Shown piece by piece: positions 10,658 to 21,188 of a stretch of DNA of 64,000 nt. Below the pieces are notes generated by a model that saw only the letters and a program-made list of their open reading frames with translations, had not been told where the DNA came from and did not search any database. Position 1 is the stretch's first letter, and each line of letters opens with the position of its first letter. Both the position numbers and the translations under genes were made by a program. Location: the NCBI GenBank assembly GCA_002778465.1, contig PFBV01000003.1, forward strand, positions 2,397 through 66,396. Reading direction: 5' to 3'. Source of the DNA: Candidatus Magasanikbacteria bacterium CG10_big_fil_rev_8_21_14_0_10_36_32 (GTDB lineage: Bacteria > Patescibacteriota > Patescibacteriia > Magasanikbacterales > GWA2-37-8).

Positions 10658-10727
10658 TCCCGACGCCCTTTTGCTGGGTCGGGACTCCGACCTGCCTGCC
10701 GGTAGGCAGGCTTTTTAGCGTCGGAGT
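10658..10727. repeat. REP-like double hairpin with nested CCTGCCTGCCGGTAGGCAGG palindrome
   Basis: tcccgac..gtcggga then actccgac..gtcggagt, enclosing a 20-bp near-perfect palindrome at 10691-10710. Confidence 0.75.
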
Positions 10728-10755
10728 TGACAAGTTTTCCAATATCAGATATACT
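10727..10755 (+). promoter_or_regulatory. Sigma70 promoter of the DHH gene
   Basis: TTGACA-17-TATACT; implies a very short leader and a start at ATG 10768. Confidence 0.7.
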
Positions 10756-10767
10756 GCAATGTTCTGT

Positions 10768-11922
10768 ATGTTTACCACAACCCAACAACTACAAAAACTT
10801 TTGGAAACAAGCCGCCACATTTTGGTGGTTTTTGGAGCTGAAAAAAATCCGGACGCGATTGCCGGCGCTTTGGCTTTAAAAAAATTCTTTGATAAACAAC
10901 ACAAACAAATTGATTTGGTTTCCACCAATTTCAAACAGCCGTCGGCAATGTCATTTTTGCCAGGATTAGAACAAATAAAGTCTGAACTGACTCATCTGCA
11001 AAAATTCATCATCAAAGTTGATATTTCAAAATCAAAAATTGAAACAATCAGCTATGATGTTAAAGATGATTGGCTGTCCATCAATCTGACGCCAAAACAC
11101 GGTTTCATTACAAAGAATGAATTGCGGACGGCGCAATCTACTTATAAATATGATTTGATTATCACTTTAAGCGCCCAAGATTTGGAGTCGCTGGGTGATA
11201 TTTTTTTAAACAACACCGACCTGTTTTATCGCGTGCCGATTGTTAATATTGACCATCGCCCAAGCAATGAACATTTTGGACAAATCAATCTGGTTGATAT
11301 CAGCGCCACTTCCTCATCTGAAATTATTTTCAAAACTCTGGAACAGCTCAATGCGGCACATATTGATGAAGAAATCGCCACCGCGTTGCTGACCGGCATG
11401 ATAAGCCAGACACGCAGCTTCAAAACTCCAAATGTTAATCCGGACACTTTAAATCTGGCCGGCCGGCTGATGAATCTCGGCGCCGACCGCGAAAAAATTA
11501 TCCGCCATCTTTATTACACAAAATCACTGGCCACCTTAAAATTATGGGGACAGGCTTTAAGTAATCTGCAAAATGACCGCGAAACCGGTCTGGCCTGGAC
11601 CACGGTCACACGGGAAGATTTCGCCCGCTCCGGCGCCAGCGAAGATGATTTACGCGAACTGATTCATGATTTAATCAGCAACTCCCCCGAAATCAAAATG
11701 ATTCTAATTATTTTTGAAAATTCAAACGATAAAAAAATAAATTGTTTACTGGCAACCGAAAAATATTTTGACGCCATGGAATTATCCAAAACATTCAATC
11801 CGTCCGGTGATAAAAAAATCGCCGTTTTTTCCATTTCCGACAAAAATTTGAAGGAAGCGGAAGAAACAGCGGTGACTGAAATCCGAAACAAAGCCAAATT
11901 TCTTCTTTCGGGTTTAAATTAA
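10768..11922 (+). CDS. DHH family phosphoesterase (NrnA-like)
   Basis: NPDAIAG, NIDHR..NE.FG, S.SEI, AT.LL.G motifs; the DHH motif reads DHR. Confidence 0.8.
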   Translation: MFTTTQQLQKLLETSRHILVVFGAEKNPDAIAGALALKKFFDKQHKQIDLVSTNFKQPSAMSFLPGLEQIKSELTHLQKFIIKVDISKSKIETISYDVKDDWLSINLTPKHGFITKNELRTAQSTYKYDLIITLSAQDLESLGDIFLNNTDLFYRVPIVNIDHRPSNEHFGQINLVDISATSSSEIIFKTLEQLNAAHIDEEIATALLTGMISQTRSFKTPNVNPDTLNLAGRLMNLGADREKIIRHLYYTKSLATLKLWGQALSNLQNDRETGLAWTTVTREDFARSGASEDDLRELIHDLISNSPEIKMILIIFENSNDKKINCLLATEKYFDAMELSKTFNPSGDKKIAVFSISDKNLKEAEETAVTEIRNKAKFLLSGLN

Positions 11923-13500
11923 ACTTCGGCCGGTCATTTCCGGCGGTAATTCTAAACCCATCAGCGTCAACACCGTTGGCGCAACATCAGCCAATATGCC
12001 AACTGGCGGTATTAAACTTAAATCGCCTTCTGGCGGATCACCGGCCGGACCAGCTTGACCCATAAAATCTTGACTGATTATAAACATCGGCACAGGATTA
12101 GTGGAATGTTCTTTGTCAATTTCATTAGTTTGTAAATTAAGCAATTCTTCAGCATTGCCATGATCAGATGTAATTACGACAGCGCCGCCTTTAGCTAAAG
12201 TATGATCAACTATTTCACCAATACTGCTATCTACCGCTTCACAAGCTTTTATGGTAGCGGCCATATTTCCAGTATGACTAACCATATCACCATTAGCTAA
12301 ATTAACCGCTATAAAAGCATATTTTTCACTTTCAATCGCTTTAACAGTTTCTTTTGTTACTTCAGAAACAGACATTTCCGGTGTTAAATCATAAGAAGCG
12401 ACTTTTGGTGATGGAATTATCAATCTATCTTCTCCGGTAAAAGGTTCTTCTTTTGTACCATTTAAAAAGAAAGTGACATGCGCATATTTTTCAGTTTCGG
12501 CAATATGAAATTGTTTTAAGCCGGCATTGCTAACTACTTCACCTAAACTGTTTCTGATTACTACCGGAGGAAAAGCTACGGCACTAACGGGTACTTCTTT
12601 TTCATATTCAGTCATAGCAGTAAAAAATAAATTGTTTATATTTTTTCTGGCAAACTTATCGAAATTCGGCAAAACAAACGCCTTAGTTATTTGCCGAGCA
12701 CGATCAGGACGAAAATTAAAAAATACAATAGCATCATTATCTTTAATAACAGCAACTGGTTGGTCTTTTTTAACAATAACCGTCGGAGAAAATTCTTCAT
12801 CAAAATTTTTTTGAGAATAAGCTTCATCAATTACTTTTAAAGGATCCTCAGCTGTGCGCTCAGCTTTTCCTTCTACCATGGCATTATACGCTTTTTCACA
12901 ACGATCCCAATGATTGTCCCTATCCATAGTGTAATATCGTCCGGCTAAAGAAGCAATTTTACCTACTTTAATATCTTTCATCTTTTTCATCAGTTGATCA
13001 ATAAAATATTTTCCAGAATTAAAAATTGTATCGCGACCATCTAAAATTGCATGGACAAAAACATTATCAGATAAACCATGTTTTTTTGCTAAATCTAACA
13101 AAGCAAACAAATGAGCGCTATTAGAATGAACTTTACCTTCACTTACTAATCCAAACAAATGTAAATTTGAATTATTTTTCTTAACATGTTCAATGGCTGA
13201 TAAAAATGCTTGATTTTTAAAAAATTCTCCACTTTCTATATCATGGTCAATACGAGGTAAGGTTTGATAATAAACTCTTCCAGCGCCTATATTTAAGTGA
13301 CCGACTTCCGAATTTCCCATTTCACCAAAAGATAAACCCACCTCTGTGCCAGCAGCCATCAAAGTCATTATGGGATAGTTTTTAATATAATTTTTTAAAT
13401 TTACAGTATTAGCTTTTTCTACAGCATTACCATCACCAGCCGGAGCAATACCCCAACCATCAGCAATAATAAGAACTACGGGTTTATATTTATAAGTCAT
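11914..13500 (-). CDS. gpmI: 2,3-bisphosphoglycerate-independent phosphoglycerate mutase
   Basis: DGWG, GNSEVGH, DGRD, NFRPDR, ETEKYAHVT, SDHGNAE. Confidence 0.95.
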   Translation of the reverse strand: MTYKYKPVVLIIADGWGIAPAGDGNAVEKANTVNLKNYIKNYPIMTLMAAGTEVGLSFGEMGNSEVGHLNIGAGRVYYQTLPRIDHDIESGEFFKNQAFLSAIEHVKKNNSNLHLFGLVSEGKVHSNSAHLFALLDLAKKHGLSDNVFVHAILDGRDTIFNSGKYFIDQLMKKMKDIKVGKIASLAGRYYTMDRDNHWDRCEKAYNAMVEGKAERTAEDPLKVIDEAYSQKNFDEEFSPTVIVKKDQPVAVIKDNDAIVFFNFRPDRARQITKAFVLPNFDKFARKNINNLFFTAMTEYEKEVPVSAVAFPPVVIRNSLGEVVSNAGLKQFHIAETEKYAHVTFFLNGTKEEPFTGEDRLIIPSPKVASYDLTPEMSVSEVTKETVKAIESEKYAFIAVNLANGDMVSHTGNMAATIKACEAVDSSIGEIVDHTLAKGGAVVITSDHGNAEELLNLQTNEIDKEHSTNPVPMFIISQDFMGQAGPAGDPPEGDLSLIPPVGILADVAPTVLTLMGLELPPEMTGRSLI

Positions 13501-13503
13501 ATT

Positions 13504-15099
13504 TTATTTAATTAAAGACCGACCGGTCATTTCTTTAGGCTGTTTGACACCCATCATTTTTAAAATTGTTGGCGCAACATCAGCCAATTTTCCTTTTTTC
13601 ATTTTTAAACGTTTTTTATAAAAATGTTCCCCAATCAAAAATAACGGCACCATATTGGTTGAATGTTCAGTATTAATTTCACCAGTTTTTAAATCAACTA
13701 ATTCTTCAGCATTGCCATGATCAGCGGTGACAATACCTTGCCCACCATTTTTTTTAATAATTTTAATTAAACGCTCTACTTCAGAATCTACAGTTTTTAC
13801 GGCGATTTCTGTAGCTTTAATATCACCGGTATGAGCGACTATATCAGGATTGGCAAAATTAACACAAATAAAATCATATTCACATGACTCAATGGCATGA
13901 GAAACATAATCTGATACCATGCCGGCGTTCATTTTTGGTTTTTTTGAATAATTGTCAACTGCAACGGAATTAATTTTTACCCAACGATCCTCACAAAAAT
14001 GGTGGCTATAACCGCCATTAAAAAAGTAAGTCACGTGGGCAAACTTTTCTGTTTCGGCCACAAACAATTGACGGCGCGGACATAAAATTTGTACTAAACT
14101 GTTAGTTACATCACGACTCGGAAAAGCGGTTAAAACACCGGGTAAATCAGGACCAAAGTCAGTCATGGCCACAAAACGAATATTTCTTGGTAATTTTTCC
14201 CGAACAAAAGAATTATCATTTTCTTTGTCAAAACTTCTTTGGACAAAAACTTTTGTTAATTCACGAGCACGATCACTTCTTAAGTTAAAGAAAAATATTG
14301 CATCATTACTGCTAATTTTTCCCACAGGTTCTCCTTTTTCAATAATTACCGTCGGTTGAATAAATTCATCTGTTTCACCTCGATTATATGCCTGCAGAAC
14401 GGCTTCAGTGGCACTCGGAGCTTTATGTTTAGAATTCGCCAAAACCAAAGCATCATAAGATTGTTTGATTCTTTTCCATGTTTTGCTTCTGTCCATGGCA
14501 TAAAAACGACCCATTATAGTGGCAATTTTTTCACCATTATTCAAATGTTCATATAACTTCTTTAAATGATGCGGCGCATCGTGTTGAGACGAATCTCGAC
14601 CATCAGTAAATAAATGCAAATAAACTTTTTTAAATTTTTCTCGACGCAATAAATCCATTAAAGCATATAAATGTTCTGGACAAGAATGGGCGCTATTATG
14701 ATTTGAAAGTAAACCCATTACATGAATGGAGCTATTATATTTTTTAACATGATAAAACGCTTGATGAAAAGCATTATTCTTAAAAAAGGTTCCATCATTA
14801 ATCGCGTCGGATATATACATTGCGTCTTGCTTAACCACTCGTCCGGCACCCAAATTAATATGGCCGGCTTCACTATTCCCTTCTTGACCCTTAAATAAAC
14901 CGACGGATGTGCCACTCGCTTGCAATTCAGTATGCGGATAATCTTTCAACCAACGAAAATAATTAGGAGTAATATTTGGTTGAATCGGATTTCCTTTATT
15001 TTTTAAAGGAGCTACCCCCCATCCATCCATAATAATTAAAACCGTAGTTTTTTTATTTTTTGTATTATGATGTTTTTTATTTTTAACGGCCATAATCAA
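13504..15099 (-). CDS. gpmI: Second cofactor-independent phosphoglycerate mutase
   Basis: DGWG, GNSEAGH, DGRD, ETEKFAHVT, ADHGNAE. Confidence 0.93.
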   Translation of the reverse strand: MIMAVKNKKHHNTKNKKTTVLIIMDGWGVAPLKNKGNPIQPNITPNYFRWLKDYPHTELQASGTSVGLFKGQEGNSEAGHINLGAGRVVKQDAMYISDAINDGTFFKNNAFHQAFYHVKKYNSSIHVMGLLSNHNSAHSCPEHLYALMDLLRREKFKKVYLHLFTDGRDSSQHDAPHHLKKLYEHLNNGEKIATIMGRFYAMDRSKTWKRIKQSYDALVLANSKHKAPSATEAVLQAYNRGETDEFIQPTVIIEKGEPVGKISSNDAIFFFNLRSDRARELTKVFVQRSFDKENDNSFVREKLPRNIRFVAMTDFGPDLPGVLTAFPSRDVTNSLVQILCPRRQLFVAETEKFAHVTYFFNGGYSHHFCEDRWVKINSVAVDNYSKKPKMNAGMVSDYVSHAIESCEYDFICVNFANPDIVAHTGDIKATEIAVKTVDSEVERLIKIIKKNGGQGIVTADHGNAEELVDLKTGEINTEHSTNMVPLFLIGEHFYKKRLKMKKGKLADVAPTILKMMGVKQPKEMTGRSLIK

Positions 15100-15104
15100 A
15101 ATAT

Positions 15105-16352
15105 TTAAATTCCGAGCTCCAATTCAATTTCCATTAAACGATTATATTTTTCTACTCTCTCGGAACGAGACAATGAACCGGTTTTAATAAATTCAGAATT
15201 AACCGCCACTGCCAAATCAGCAATAAAAGTATCTGCTGTTTCGCCACTACGATGAGAGATACTGGTTTGATAATTATTCTTTTTAGCCAGCATAATCGCT
15301 GAGATTGTTTCAGAAACAGTACCAATTTGATTTAATTTAATAAGAATAGCATTGGCCACGCCGGATTTTATACCTTTAGATAATCTATCAACATTCGTAA
15401 CAAATAAATCATCACCCACCAAGGCAACTTTTTTACCTAATGTTTTAGTTAAAATTTTCCAATTATCCCAATCATCTTCACTTAAACCATCTTCTATGAA
15501 AACAAACGGATATTTATTCACCCAACCAGCTAAAGTACTAATCATTTTTTCAGCGCTCCAAGATTGTTTTTTGTTTAAGAAATAATACTTGCCTTTATTA
15601 CAAAATTCAGACGCAGCCACATCCAATCCCAAATAAACATGTTTGCCAGGTTCCCAACCAGCAGACTTGATTGCTTCAACAATCATTTGAACAGCTCTTT
15701 CATTATTCAATAATTCTGGAGCAAAACCGCCTTCATCGCCAACTGAAGTTACATAACCTTTCTGACTGAGCAAACCAGCTAAAGCATGAAAAATTTGCGC
15801 CCCCATCCGCACTCGTTCACGTAATAATTTATGACGCGGAATAATCATAAATTCCTGAATAGTCAAACCGCTATCAGCGTGCCGTCCACCATTAATAATA
15901 TTCATAGTTGGGATTGGCAAACGATAACCTTTTTCATTAATTTTATAAACTTTACGGAGATATTTATATAAAGGTAAACCAATATGTTCAGCACCAGCTC
16001 TGGCGGCGGCCATAGAAACACCTAGTATGGCATTAGCGCCAAGTTTGGTTTTATTTTTTGTGCCATCTAAATCAATCATTTTTTTATCAATTTTTTGCAA
16101 ATCAATAATATCCATACCCGATAATGCTTTAGAAATATAAACATTTACATTTTTTACTGCTTTTAAAACTCCCTTGCCACCATAACGAGAACCGCCGTCA
16201 CGCAATTCCAAAGCTTCGTGCGTGCCAGTGGAAGCGCCAGATGGAACTTTAGCAACACCAATAATTCCATTTTCTAAAATTACTTTGGCTTCAACTGTCG
16301 GATTGCCGCGTGAATCTAAAATTTCTCTGGCTGTTACTTTTTTAATCTTCAT
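15105..16352 (-). CDS. eno: Enolase
   Basis: [28 protein letters not shown]; start taken at MKIKKV. Confidence 0.97.
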   Translation of the reverse strand: MKIKKVTAREILDSRGNPTVEAKVILENGIIGVAKVPSGASTGTHEALELRDGGSRYGGKGVLKAVKNVNVYISKALSGMDIIDLQKIDKKMIDLDGTKNKTKLGANAILGVSMAAARAGAEHIGLPLYKYLRKVYKINEKGYRLPIPTMNIINGGRHADSGLTIQEFMIIPRHKLLRERVRMGAQIFHALAGLLSQKGYVTSVGDEGGFAPELLNNERAVQMIVEAIKSAGWEPGKHVYLGLDVAASEFCNKGKYYFLNKKQSWSAEKMISTLAGWVNKYPFVFIEDGLSEDDWDNWKILTKTLGKKVALVGDDLFVTNVDRLSKGIKSGVANAILIKLNQIGTVSETISAIMLAKKNNYQTSISHRSGETADTFIADLAVAVNSEFIKTGSLSRSERVEKYNRLMEIELELGI

Positions 16353-16410
16353 AATTATTAAACTTAAATACAAAAAAGGGGAAACTGGCCCCTTTTGTAT
16401 AAATTGTTAA

Positions 16411-17265
16411 TTATTTCTTAGGTAGTATTTCATAAACCACATTTACATTCATTATAACATCTTTGCTGCCGCTTGAAACTACAGCTGGTGCCATTTCTCC
16501 ACCACCGATTCCACCACTGTAAGCGCTATATTTATAGTAATTATCATCGCCGCTTTCATATTCATTATAACTAACCACACCACCTAAACGCACACCCAAT
16601 GACTGAGCCAAAATTGCAGCTTTATTTTTAGCATCAACTAAAGCTTTGTTGCGCGCTTGATCTTTTAAATTACTCGTATCATCAATTGTAAAATTCAAAC
16701 CAACCACTTCGTTTGCGCCGTATTTTCCAGCCAACGATAAAACAACATTAATTTTACTTAGATCTCTAATTTTGATAGTAACGGTATTGGTCACTTTATA
16801 TCCTTTTAAAACAGCGCCTTTTTCAGTGTAATCATACTCGGGATAAATAGTATAATTGGTTTGTAAATCTTTATCTTCAATTTTTAAACTTTTTAATTCA
16901 GCCACAACTTGATCCATAACTTGCTTGTTACTTGTCTGGGCTTTAGCCACTTCTTTGTCTGTATTGGAATAGCCAATAGAAGTAACAGCAATATTATTAT
17001 CTCCGGTTACTTTACCCAAACCATTAATGGAAACAGTTTTTTCAGACCGATCGGCCAAACCGACATAATTAGATTTTTTTATATTCAATGAAATAGCAGT
17101 GCCAACATAAAAAATCAAATAAACCAACAAAACTCCCAACAACGTCATAAATAATTTCTTAACAAAAAACCCATGACCGCCCATACAACAATGAATTTTA
17201 TCTAAAGTATTGACGATTTTTGTTTCACTGCTTTCTTTTTTATTTTTAGATTTAATCAAGGCCAT
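16411..17265 (-). CDS. SIMPL (DUF541) domain protein
   Basis: N-terminal TM, GY.V.N.V.I..RD, AL.DA..KA..LA..LG; AGGAGG SD before ATG 17265. Confidence 0.85.
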   Translation of the reverse strand: MALIKSKNKKESSETKIVNTLDKIHCCMGGHGFFVKKLFMTLLGVLLVYLIFYVGTAISLNIKKSNYVGLADRSEKTVSINGLGKVTGDNNIAVTSIGYSNTDKEVAKAQTSNKQVMDQVVAELKSLKIEDKDLQTNYTIYPEYDYTEKGAVLKGYKVTNTVTIKIRDLSKINVVLSLAGKYGANEVVGLNFTIDDTSNLKDQARNKALVDAKNKAAILAQSLGVRLGGVVSYNEYESGDDNYYKYSAYSGGIGGGEMAPAVVSSGSKDVIMNVNVVYEILPKK

Positions 17266-17323
17266 ATATTTCCTCCTATAATGAAAATCTTTCGTTAAAA
17301 AAATTTTCAATTTATTAATAAAA

Positions 17324-18511
17324 TTAATTATATTTTTTTTTCAACACGGATTTGACACCGGGTAATTGATTGTCGCTTAAAAACTCCAACATTGCTCCCC
17401 CGCCAGTAGAAACCAAATCAATATCATCAGTTACTTTTAATTTTTTAATTATCTCCACAGTTTCCCCACCTCCACAAACACCAAACGCTTTTCCTTTAGC
17501 TCGCGAAGCCAACAATCTTCCCACTGAATAACTGCCAAACTCATACGGATGCTGCTCGAAATATCCCATAGCACCGTTCCAAATCAATGTTTTAGCTCTT
17601 TTAATATACTTATTAAATAAATTTATTGTCGCCGGACCAACGTCATAAATTGCCAATTTCGAATTAATAATATTTATTTCGTCTATTTTAAAAACTTTGG
17701 CATTTTTTCCATTTTTTTCTCCAACCACCAAATCAACCGGCCAAATTATTTTCTTTTTGTTTTGATAAGATAAAACTTCTTTTTTTAACGATTGTTCAAC
17801 AATTGAACTTCCGACTTTAACTCCTTTGGCCCATAAATATGTATTAACCAATCCCCCGCCCAACAAAATATAATCGGCTTTTTCCAAAAACTTTTTCAAT
17901 AAAGGTAATTTGGTTTCCATTTTAATCCCGCCTAAAATCACCACAAACGGTTTCTTCGGTTTTACTGTTAATTTTAACAGACCATCAATTTCTTCTGTCA
18001 TCAACAGTCCGGCATAAGTCGGCAATAATTTTGCCACTCCAGAAACAGATGCCGCTGCGCGATGCGCCACAGCAAAACCATCTAAAACAAACAGATCGGC
18101 CAGGTTGGATAAATTTTTTGCCACTATTAATTTATTATCTTCTTCTCCTTTGATAAATCTGATATTTTCCAACAAAACAACATCCCCTTCTTTCATTTTA
18201 TTAATTTCTGCTTCAATTTTTTTCCACGAATCAATATTTAAAAATTTTATTTTACGTTTAAGTTTTTTCTCTAAAATTTGACTAATCGGTTTTAGACTTA
18301 ATTTTTTGTCAACCCCGATCGGCCTTCCTAAATGACTAACTAAAATAACTCTAGCTCCTTTTTTTATTAAAAATTCTATCGTTGGTAAACTCTTTGTAAT
18401 TTTATAACTTTCGTTAATTTTACCGTTTTTCAAAGGAACATTAAAATCCACTCGTACTAAAACGCGTTTTCCTTTTAAATTTTTAGCTAAAATAACTGAA
18501 TTTACCTTCAT
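17324..18511 (-). CDS. pgk: Phosphoglycerate kinase
   Basis: RVDFNVP, SHLGRP, LLENIRF, STGGGA. Confidence 0.96.
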   Translation of the reverse strand: MKVNSVILAKNLKGKRVLVRVDFNVPLKNGKINESYKITKSLPTIEFLIKKGARVILVSHLGRPIGVDKKLSLKPISQILEKKLKRKIKFLNIDSWKKIEAEINKMKEGDVVLLENIRFIKGEEDNKLIVAKNLSNLADLFVLDGFAVAHRAAASVSGVAKLLPTYAGLLMTEEIDGLLKLTVKPKKPFVVILGGIKMETKLPLLKKFLEKADYILLGGGLVNTYLWAKGVKVGSSIVEQSLKKEVLSYQNKKKIIWPVDLVVGEKNGKNAKVFKIDEINIINSKLAIYDVGPATINLFNKYIKRAKTLIWNGAMGYFEQHPYEFGSYSVGRLLASRAKGKAFGVCGGGETVEIIKKLKVTDDIDLVSTGGGAMLEFLSDNQLPGVKSVLKKKYN

Positions 18512-18598
18512 ATATACTTTTCTCTTGCTGCACCGAACATATAAACTTTTGGATAGGAAAATATGTAATATAATTATAGCACGAAACAAGGGTTTTCA

Positions 18599-19639
18599 CT
18601 AATCAACTCTCTGTTGTTCGCTAACCTGTCCATAACCCTCCTCTTCCGGCCATAAATATCGGCTAAAAATCCAACGAGCTAAATCACGCGCTTCACTAAA
18701 TCTGCTTTCGTTAGAGTTTGCGCCCAAGACTACTACAATAATTGGATGACGACGCTGGTCCATTAATCTAACAACAAAATTATAACGTGAATCGTTTATA
18801 AAACCTGTTTTACCCACGATATCTTCCTGATTAAAATTATTTGGAATCCATTTAGTTAATAACCAATTTGTACTCCACACTTGGTGCGATTCATTTTTTT
18901 GATTTAAAGGAACTAAAATATATTGAGGCATTCGCAAAGTTCTATTTATTTTTTCAAATCGAACAGCCTCTTTTAATAACTGGGCAACATCAGTGGCATT
19001 GCCGACATTACCAGAATCTAATCCTGTCGGCTCAACAAAACGCAATGAAGTTAAATTTAATTTATTCGCTTTTTCGTTCATTCGAGCAACAAATTGTTCC
19101 ATAGATATTCCACTATTACGCACCAAAGCTCGCACAGCGCTATTTGACGAACCAACTAACGCGACATTCCAAATATCGGAAAAATAATATTCCTCCCCAA
19201 TTTTAAATTGGTGACTACTTGAATCATCATCCGCTTCAGTAATGGTGGTAGTGGACGACCAATTGATCGGCAAATCTAACAAAACCATGGCGGACATTAA
19301 TTTTGTGATACTGGCCAAAGCACGAATGTTTTTGCTGTTTTTTTCAAATAAAATAGTACCTGTACGTTCATCAATAACAATGGAAGAAAACAAAGTAAAG
19401 GTAGCCGCACAAACCCCACTGTCTTTGGCTACCGGGGCTAATAATAAACTCGTCGGCCAACTGTTGGTTTGTCTAGAAACCGCCTGTTGTACTTGAATTT
19501 TTTCCCGCGGACCAGCTTGGGGAAATTTATTAAAAGATTTTCTAACAGCCGGGAAAGATACTGTAAAAATAAATATCAAAAAAACCCCCAGCACCATTAT
19601 TCCAAACGAAGAAAAAAAATTAAATAATTTTTCAGACAT
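18599..19639 (-). CDS. D-alanyl-D-alanine carboxypeptidase/endopeptidase (peptidase S11)
   Basis: ASITKLM (SxxK), SSN, KTGF motifs; N-terminal TM. Confidence 0.9.
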   Translation of the reverse strand: MSEKLFNFFSSFGIMVLGVFLIFIFTVSFPAVRKSFNKFPQAGPREKIQVQQAVSRQTNSWPTSLLLAPVAKDSGVCAATFTLFSSIVIDERTGTILFEKNSKNIRALASITKLMSAMVLLDLPINWSSTTTITEADDDSSSHQFKIGEEYYFSDIWNVALVGSSNSAVRALVRNSGISMEQFVARMNEKANKLNLTSLRFVEPTGLDSGNVGNATDVAQLLKEAVRFEKINRTLRMPQYILVPLNQKNESHQVWSTNWLLTKWIPNNFNQEDIVGKTGFINDSRYNFVVRLMDQRRHPIIVVVLGANSNESRFSEARDLARWIFSRYLWPEEEGYGQVSEQQRVD

Positions 19640-19654
19640 AAATTCTATCCGGCA

Positions 19655-20206
19655 TTATTGATTTTCAGTTGTTTTTTGTTCTAAAATTTTAATTACATAA
19701 TCATGATTATGTAAAATTTCAAAATCAGGCAATTCCTTAACACTGACAATTCCCAAATGACGCAAATATTCCATTGTTACTTCATAAGTTGGCAACAAAT
19801 TACTTGGATCTTCACTTTCTTTAACTAAATCACGAAGTAATAAATTACGTAAAATCAAACCGCAATTTACCCCTCGAATTTGTTCCAATTCCGGTTTAGT
19901 TATTGGACCGCAATAAGAAATAACTGTCAAAGTTTCCAATTGCGGACGGGTTAATTCCCCGGATACTTCAGCTTTTAAAAATTTTTCCGACATTGCTCTG
20001 TTTTCCGGATTAGAAACCATCTGCCACTCATCATTGTTTTGCAAAATTACCACACCTGAATCCGGCTGATTATATTTGATTGATAAACCTTTTAAAACTT
20101 CTGCCACTTCAGAATCGGAAACACCAATGGCTTTAGCAATTTTTTTAACCGTCAACGGTTTGGAGGCAACAAATAAAATTGACTCTACTTGAGATAATAA
20201 TGTCAT
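19655..20206 (-). CDS. scpB: SMC-Scp complex subunit ScpB
   Basis: ESILF, LETL..I.Y..PIT..E...IRGVN. Confidence 0.95.
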   Translation of the reverse strand: MTLLSQVESILFVASKPLTVKKIAKAIGVSDSEVAEVLKGLSIKYNQPDSGVVILQNNDEWQMVSNPENRAMSEKFLKAEVSGELTRPQLETLTVISYCGPITKPELEQIRGVNCGLILRNLLLRDLVKESEDPSNLLPTYEVTMEYLRHLGIVSVKELPDFEILHNHDYVIKILEQKTTENQ

Positions 20207-20208
20207 AT

Positions 20209-20901
20209 TTAAAATTGTGTTATCAAAATATCCTCAAAGGATTGTTTTTGATTAATAGTAATTTTTAATTGTTTAACCAGTTCAAGCAAAGCCAAAAAAC
20301 TTGCAATCACTTCAGTCCGATTTTCAGCTTTAATTAAAATTGACGAAAAACTCACTTGTTTCTGCTGTTTTAAAAGATTATAAATATAATCAATTTGATT
20401 TTTTACCGACACAGTACGATCAATTGTTATCTTTGGTAACGGTGACAATGGTTTGATTTTTTTTAACAAACCAATAAAAGAATTTTTTAAATCTTCCACT
20501 GTCGCATTGAGTGGTAAAATAAAATGGTCTAACTTTATCGGCGGTTCGTGGCGTCCATAAGCAATTTGTCCAGCTGTCCAAAATTTATTAACATGAAGGC
20601 TGGCTTCAATATAACGCTTATACATTTTAAGTTGATCCGCCAAACTTAAACCATCATCTTCTTCCGCAGATAAATATGGTAATAAATTACGAGACTTAAG
20701 ATAAACCAACTTCGTAGCAATAACCAAAAAATCGGCCAGCTCTTCCGGTCGACTTTCATCTAACCGACTTAAATAATCAAAATATTGTTCAGTGACTTTT
20801 GAAAGGGAAATTTCCGTAATATTTAATTCTTCCTGCTCAATCAGCTGAAGCAATAAATCAAGCGGCCCTTGAAATTTTTCCAACTTTATTTCAGTGGACA
20901 T
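20209..20901 (-). CDS. scpA: Segregation/condensation protein A
   Basis: FQGPLDLLL.LI, FLALLEL. Confidence 0.95.
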   Translation of the reverse strand: MSTEIKLEKFQGPLDLLLQLIEQEELNITEISLSKVTEQYFDYLSRLDESRPEELADFLVIATKLVYLKSRNLLPYLSAEEDDGLSLADQLKMYKRYIEASLHVNKFWTAGQIAYGRHEPPIKLDHFILPLNATVEDLKNSFIGLLKKIKPLSPLPKITIDRTVSVKNQIDYIYNLLKQQKQVSFSSILIKAENRTEVIASFLALLELVKQLKITINQKQSFEDILITQF

Positions 20902-20924
20902 AAAATAAAAAACTATTTGTTTTA

Positions 20925-21185
20925 CTATTCCAACGACATCACAATATAACCTCTTTTTTTCGTTTCTTCACGAGGCCAAAATTCAAGATCACTGGTCTTT
21001 AAAACAAATGTTATTGTTTTTTGTAAAGTTCGTCCCGTGTATTCTTTTGTCTGTGGATTATATTCTTTGAGAATCAAAGTGTCTCCGGATTGACAATCAA
21101 AATCAGCTAAACGCAAATCAAATTTTTTCTTTCCCTCCAATACCTGCTGAAATAAATCCGGCCAAGCCTTCTTCTCAATCATCAT
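20925..21185 (-). CDS. DUF3850/ASCH-like protein
   Basis: K.WP..F..V..GKK.F.LR..D....GD.L.L.E..YTGR. Confidence 0.8.
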   Translation of the reverse strand: MMIEKKAWPDLFQQVLEGKKKFDLRLADFDCQSGDTLILKEYNPQTKEYTGRTLQKTITFVLKTSDLEFWPREETKKRGYIVMSLE

Positions 21186-21188
21186 AAT

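Noticed and set aside
10635-10934. 99-aa minus-strand ORF containing LPTGRQ
   Set aside because: Antisense to the DHH gene and reads through the palindromic repeat.
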